From a virus (taxonomy: Duplodnaviria; Caudoviricetes), in IMG/VR virus record IMGVR_UViG_3300010214_000044, positions 1 through 59,383 of that record: a stretch of DNA of 59,383 nucleotides, one strand, 5' to 3'. Shown one piece after another: positions 56,539 to 59,383 of this stretch (position 1 is its first letter; every line of letters begins with the position of its first letter). The notes beneath the pieces are model-generated. The model was not told where the DNA came from and did not search any database. It worked only from the letters and a program-made list of their open reading frames with translations. The translations under genes were made by a program, and so were the position numbers.

Positions 56539-57737
56539 GCCTTTTCGGAGTGCTCAATGCCTATGACGCCGGTGCTCAAGTCAACGCCCAGGCCTATGAG
56601 CGCTTGGGCAAAGACCTGGGTATCGCGGCCGAGGCTTGGTCCACTCTGCAACCGGTGGGCACAGCTGGCCAGCAGCACAGCCCACTCAAGCGCAAAGTGC
56701 GCTGGTTTCAACAGACCCTCAAGCGTCTTGGCCTGCTGGAGCCCGTGGCCGGCCGCCGCGGACACTGGCAGCCCACGGCAGAAGGCAGGCGCACCATCGA
56801 GCAGCGCCAGCAGGATCTGGAGCCGGCCGCGCCGGGCCTGGTGCAGCTAGGGTTCAGCACTGAGCTGGGCATGGCCTTGTGGGCAGACTGCAAGGACGCA
56901 TTCAGCCGCATTGATGAGCCGCTGCATCTGGTATTGACCAGCCCGCCCTACCCGCTGGCCCGCCAGCGCGACTATGGCGGTCCGGACCGCGCCGAGTATG
57001 TGGACTGGCTCTGCGCCTGCCTTGAGCCCGTTGTCGCGCGTCTTGCCAGCGGGGGCAGCCTGTTTTTGAGCGTGTCGAATGACATCTTCGAGACTGGAAG
57101 CCCCGCCCGTTCCCTCTACCGTGAAAAGCTGGTCCTGGCGCTGCATGAGCGCCTGGGCCTGCACAAGATGGACGAATGGATCTGGCACAACCCAAGCAAG
57201 GCGCCCGGGCCAGTGGCCTGGGCGAGCAAGCGCCGGGTGCAGGTCAACACGGCTTGGGAGCCAATCTACTGGTTTACCAATGATCCGCAGGCCTGCTTTG
57301 CCGACAACCGCCGCGTATTGCAGCCCCACACGGAGAGGCATGCGCGCCTGATGGCCGGCGGCGGCACCAAGAGTGCAGCGGTATTCGCTGATGGCGCAAA
57401 CCGGCGCCGAGTGGGTGCCTTTGGTGCTCAGACAGAGGGGCGGATACCTCGCAACCTGATCACGATGCGCCACAACTGCCCGAGCCAGGCGGCACTGCGG
57501 ACCTGGGCCAAGGCCGAAGGCATCCCTATCCATGGGGCCACGATGCCGCTGGCGCTGGCCGAGCATGTGGTGCGATTCGCATCAGAACCCGGCCAACTGG
57601 TGGCCGACCCGTTTGGTGGCTGGGCCACGACTGCTCTTGCAGCAGAGCTCAACTCACGCCGCTGGCTGGTCACAGAGCGCATGCGCGCCTATCTCTACGC
57701 GGCCCAGTGGCGACTGGAGACTTTGAAACATGGATAA
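56529..57737 (+). CDS. Orphan beta-class N4/N6 DNA methyltransferase with an Mrr_N-like N-terminal wHTH
   Basis: TSPPY precedes DPFGG; N-terminal VRW..QTLKRLGLLE...RGHW. Confidence 0.9.
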   Translation: MQMSLFGVLNAYDAGAQVNAQAYERLGKDLGIAAEAWSTLQPVGTAGQQHSPLKRKVRWFQQTLKRLGLLEPVAGRRGHWQPTAEGRRTIEQRQQDLEPAAPGLVQLGFSTELGMALWADCKDAFSRIDEPLHLVLTSPPYPLARQRDYGGPDRAEYVDWLCACLEPVVARLASGGSLFLSVSNDIFETGSPARSLYREKLVLALHERLGLHKMDEWIWHNPSKAPGPVAWASKRRVQVNTAWEPIYWFTNDPQACFADNRRVLQPHTERHARLMAGGGTKSAAVFADGANRRRVGAFGAQTEGRIPRNLITMRHNCPSQAALRTWAKAEGIPIHGATMPLALAEHVVRFASEPGQLVADPFGGWATTALAAELNSRRWLVTERMRAYLYAAQWRLETLKHG

Positions 57738-57960
57738 ACCACGACTATCCCCCGCCATGCGGACCATGCTGCACAACGCAATCCACGGCCGCCCGCTGAT
57801 CACCAGCCTGACCCGCAACAGCATCAGCAACAAGGGCAGCAGCACGCTACACGCCCTGCATCGCGCCGGAATGTTGGCAGGCACTGACAACCAACCGACC
57901 CAGGCCGGCCGAGCCTACTTCGCACACCCTGAAATAGAAAAAGCCCCGAGAGGGGCTTAA
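57730..57960 (+). CDS. Small wHTH-like protein
   Basis: TLHALHRAGML...TQAGR. Confidence 0.55.
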   Translation: MDKPRLSPAMRTMLHNAIHGRPLITSLTRNSISNKGSSTLHALHRAGMLAGTDNQPTQAGRAYFAHPEIEKAPRGA

Positions 57961-57974
57961 CTTTGGATAGCACC

Positions 57975-58196
57975 ATGAGCAATACAGAAAAGCCCAAGAC
58001 TCAAATTCAACCCCTTGTTTACACCAAGGCGCAGTTACCGGCCATTTTGGGGCTCAGCAAGGCCACCATCGACCGCATGCGCAAGGACAAGGAATTCCCC
58101 GAGGCCATCGTGCTTTGCAAAAATAAAGTGGGCTGGCCAGTCGAGGTGGTGAAGCAATGGATTGCCCAGCGGCCAGCCGCGACGGGCATTTATTGA
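57975..58196 (+). CDS. AlpA-family excisionase
   Basis: LGLSKATIDR....FP......VGW...V.QW. Confidence 0.9.
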   Translation: MSNTEKPKTQIQPLVYTKAQLPAILGLSKATIDRMRKDKEFPEAIVLCKNKVGWPVEVVKQWIAQRPAATGIY

Positions 58197-59383
58197 GGGT
58201 CGATGCAGTGATTGGCCCAATCCTGCATCAGTTGCTCTCGCTTCTCCAACAAGTCCCCACGGCGGTAAGCCGCCTCTACTTTGCTCTCGATGGTGTGAGC
58301 CAGGGCCATCTCCACCACATCCTTGTCATAGTCCGTGCATTCCGCTGCCCAGTCACGGAAGGTGCTGCGGAACCCGTGGGGCACAGCAGTAAGCTCCATT
58401 CGGCGCATGACCGCCGTAAGCGTCATATCCGACAGCGCTTTCCCCGATTCACTGGGGAAAACGTAGTCGCACCCCTCTTTACGAGCCTGCCCGGCCAGCA
58501 GCGCCAGCGCCTGTTTCGACAGGGGCACGCGATGCTCGCGCCGGGCTTTCATGCGCTCAGCGGGAATCGTCCACACCCGCGACTCCATATCAATTTCACT
58601 CCACACCGCCTCCCGGGCCTCTCCGGATCGAACCGCCGTCAACACCTGGAATAGCAGCGCCCTGGCTCCCTGGCCTGCACTTTCGGCAATCGCCCGCACC
58701 ACTGGCGCGACTTCCTTATAGGGCACTGCCTCATGGTGGCGCACCTTCGCAATCCTGGTGGGCTTTGGAAGGATCTGGTCGAGGTGCCCCGTCCAGCGGG
58801 CCGGATTCGGCATTTTGTGGCCACAGAACACGGCCGCCCAATCCAGCACGGTTTCTACCCGGCCCCGCACCCGTGATGCCGTTTCAGTCTTGGTGTGCCA
58901 GATGGGCTGCAGCAGGGCCAGCATGTGGTGCGTATCGATAGCCGTCACATCCAGATCGCCAATGAAGGGGAATGCGTAAGTCTCGAGCGTGGCCGACCAC
59001 TGCCCAGCGTGCTTTGAATTGCTCCATTCAGCAGACTTCGCGGTGATGCACTTGCTCGCGGCATCCCGGAACAGCAGCTTTTTGGCCTGCTCCAATTGCC
59101 GCTGCGCCTTGAGGCCTTCACGTTCCTCAAGGGGGTCAATACCTTGTCGAATCTTTAGATGCGCTTCCCGCGCCTGCTCCCGCGCCATGGCCAGGGTCAC
59201 GGTCGGAAATGAGCCCAATCCCATGCGACGGCGGGCCTTGTGGATAACGTAGCGCAGCACCCATGACCGGCTCTGCCCGGCGACACGCAAATGCAGGCCG
59301 GCCACGCCGCCAACGGCATAGACGCCATCTGTCTTGAGGCGTGCAACCTCTAGCGCTCCCAGCTCTTTACTGATCTTTGGCAT
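58190..59383 (-). CDS. int: P4-like tyrosine integrase
   Basis: Arm-binding GL.LRV...W N-terminal domain; catalytic RSGE, HGFRSTFRDW, LAH, AAYRR. Confidence 0.97.
   Translation of the reverse strand: MPKISKELGALEVARLKTDGVYAVGGVAGLHLRVAGQSRSWVLRYVIHKARRRMGLGSFPTVTLAMAREQAREAHLKIRQGIDPLEEREGLKAQRQLEQAKKLLFRDAASKCITAKSAEWSNSKHAGQWSATLETYAFPFIGDLDVTAIDTHHMLALLQPIWHTKTETASRVRGRVETVLDWAAVFCGHKMPNPARWTGHLDQILPKPTRIAKVRHHEAVPYKEVAPVVRAIAESAGQGARALLFQVLTAVRSGEAREAVWSEIDMESRVWTIPAERMKARREHRVPLSKQALALLAGQARKEGCDYVFPSESGKALSDMTLTAVMRRMELTAVPHGFRSTFRDWAAECTDYDKDVVEMALAHTIESKVEAAYRRGDLLEKREQLMQDWANHCIDPQ

Larger units (their letters stand above)
1..59383. mobile_element. Temperate prophage (podovirus-like, N4-gp56-type capsid); att sites outside window
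   Basis: Complete set of integrase, switch, replication, lysis, packaging, capsid and tail genes; no tape measure or sheath gene recognised. Confidence 0.95.

Noticed and set aside
58190-59383. attL/attR sites
   Set aside because: The window ends at the integrase start; no flanking sequence available to identify direct repeats

Overview
The whole window is one apparently intact integrated temperate prophage. The attachment sites lie outside it, because the window starts and ends at gene starts. It is a short-tailed (podovirus-like) phage with an N4-gp56-type major capsid protein and a P22-like portal; the host is probably a GC-rich betaproteobacterium such as a Comamonadaceae member (inference). 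From right to left: P4-like tyrosine integrase with an AlpA excisionase; a rightward early region (DNA methylase, DUF5131, RdgC, a diguanylate-cyclase moron, many hypotheticals); a repressor/Cro switch with TATC-N4-GATA operators and two LexA boxes; replication and nin-like genes; ejection proteins, including a 3599-aa polyvalent protein; a holin/SAR-endolysin/spanin cassette; a Tad2-like anti-defence fusion; terminase, portal, scaffold, capsid and tail genes; a 2402-aa modular fibre; and two convergent morons. Most unusual: (1) the exported moron at 1..843 ends in a 71-aa copy (36/71 identical, ungapped) of part of the phage's own scaffolding protein; (2) a bipartite motif CTTGAA-N14-GTCGTTTCAT occurs three times upstream of virion operons; (3) tandem long-stem RNA-like units lie in the early leader; (4) the fibre carries seven cassette-like domains. 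All family assignments come from motif recognition by eye; no database search was run.
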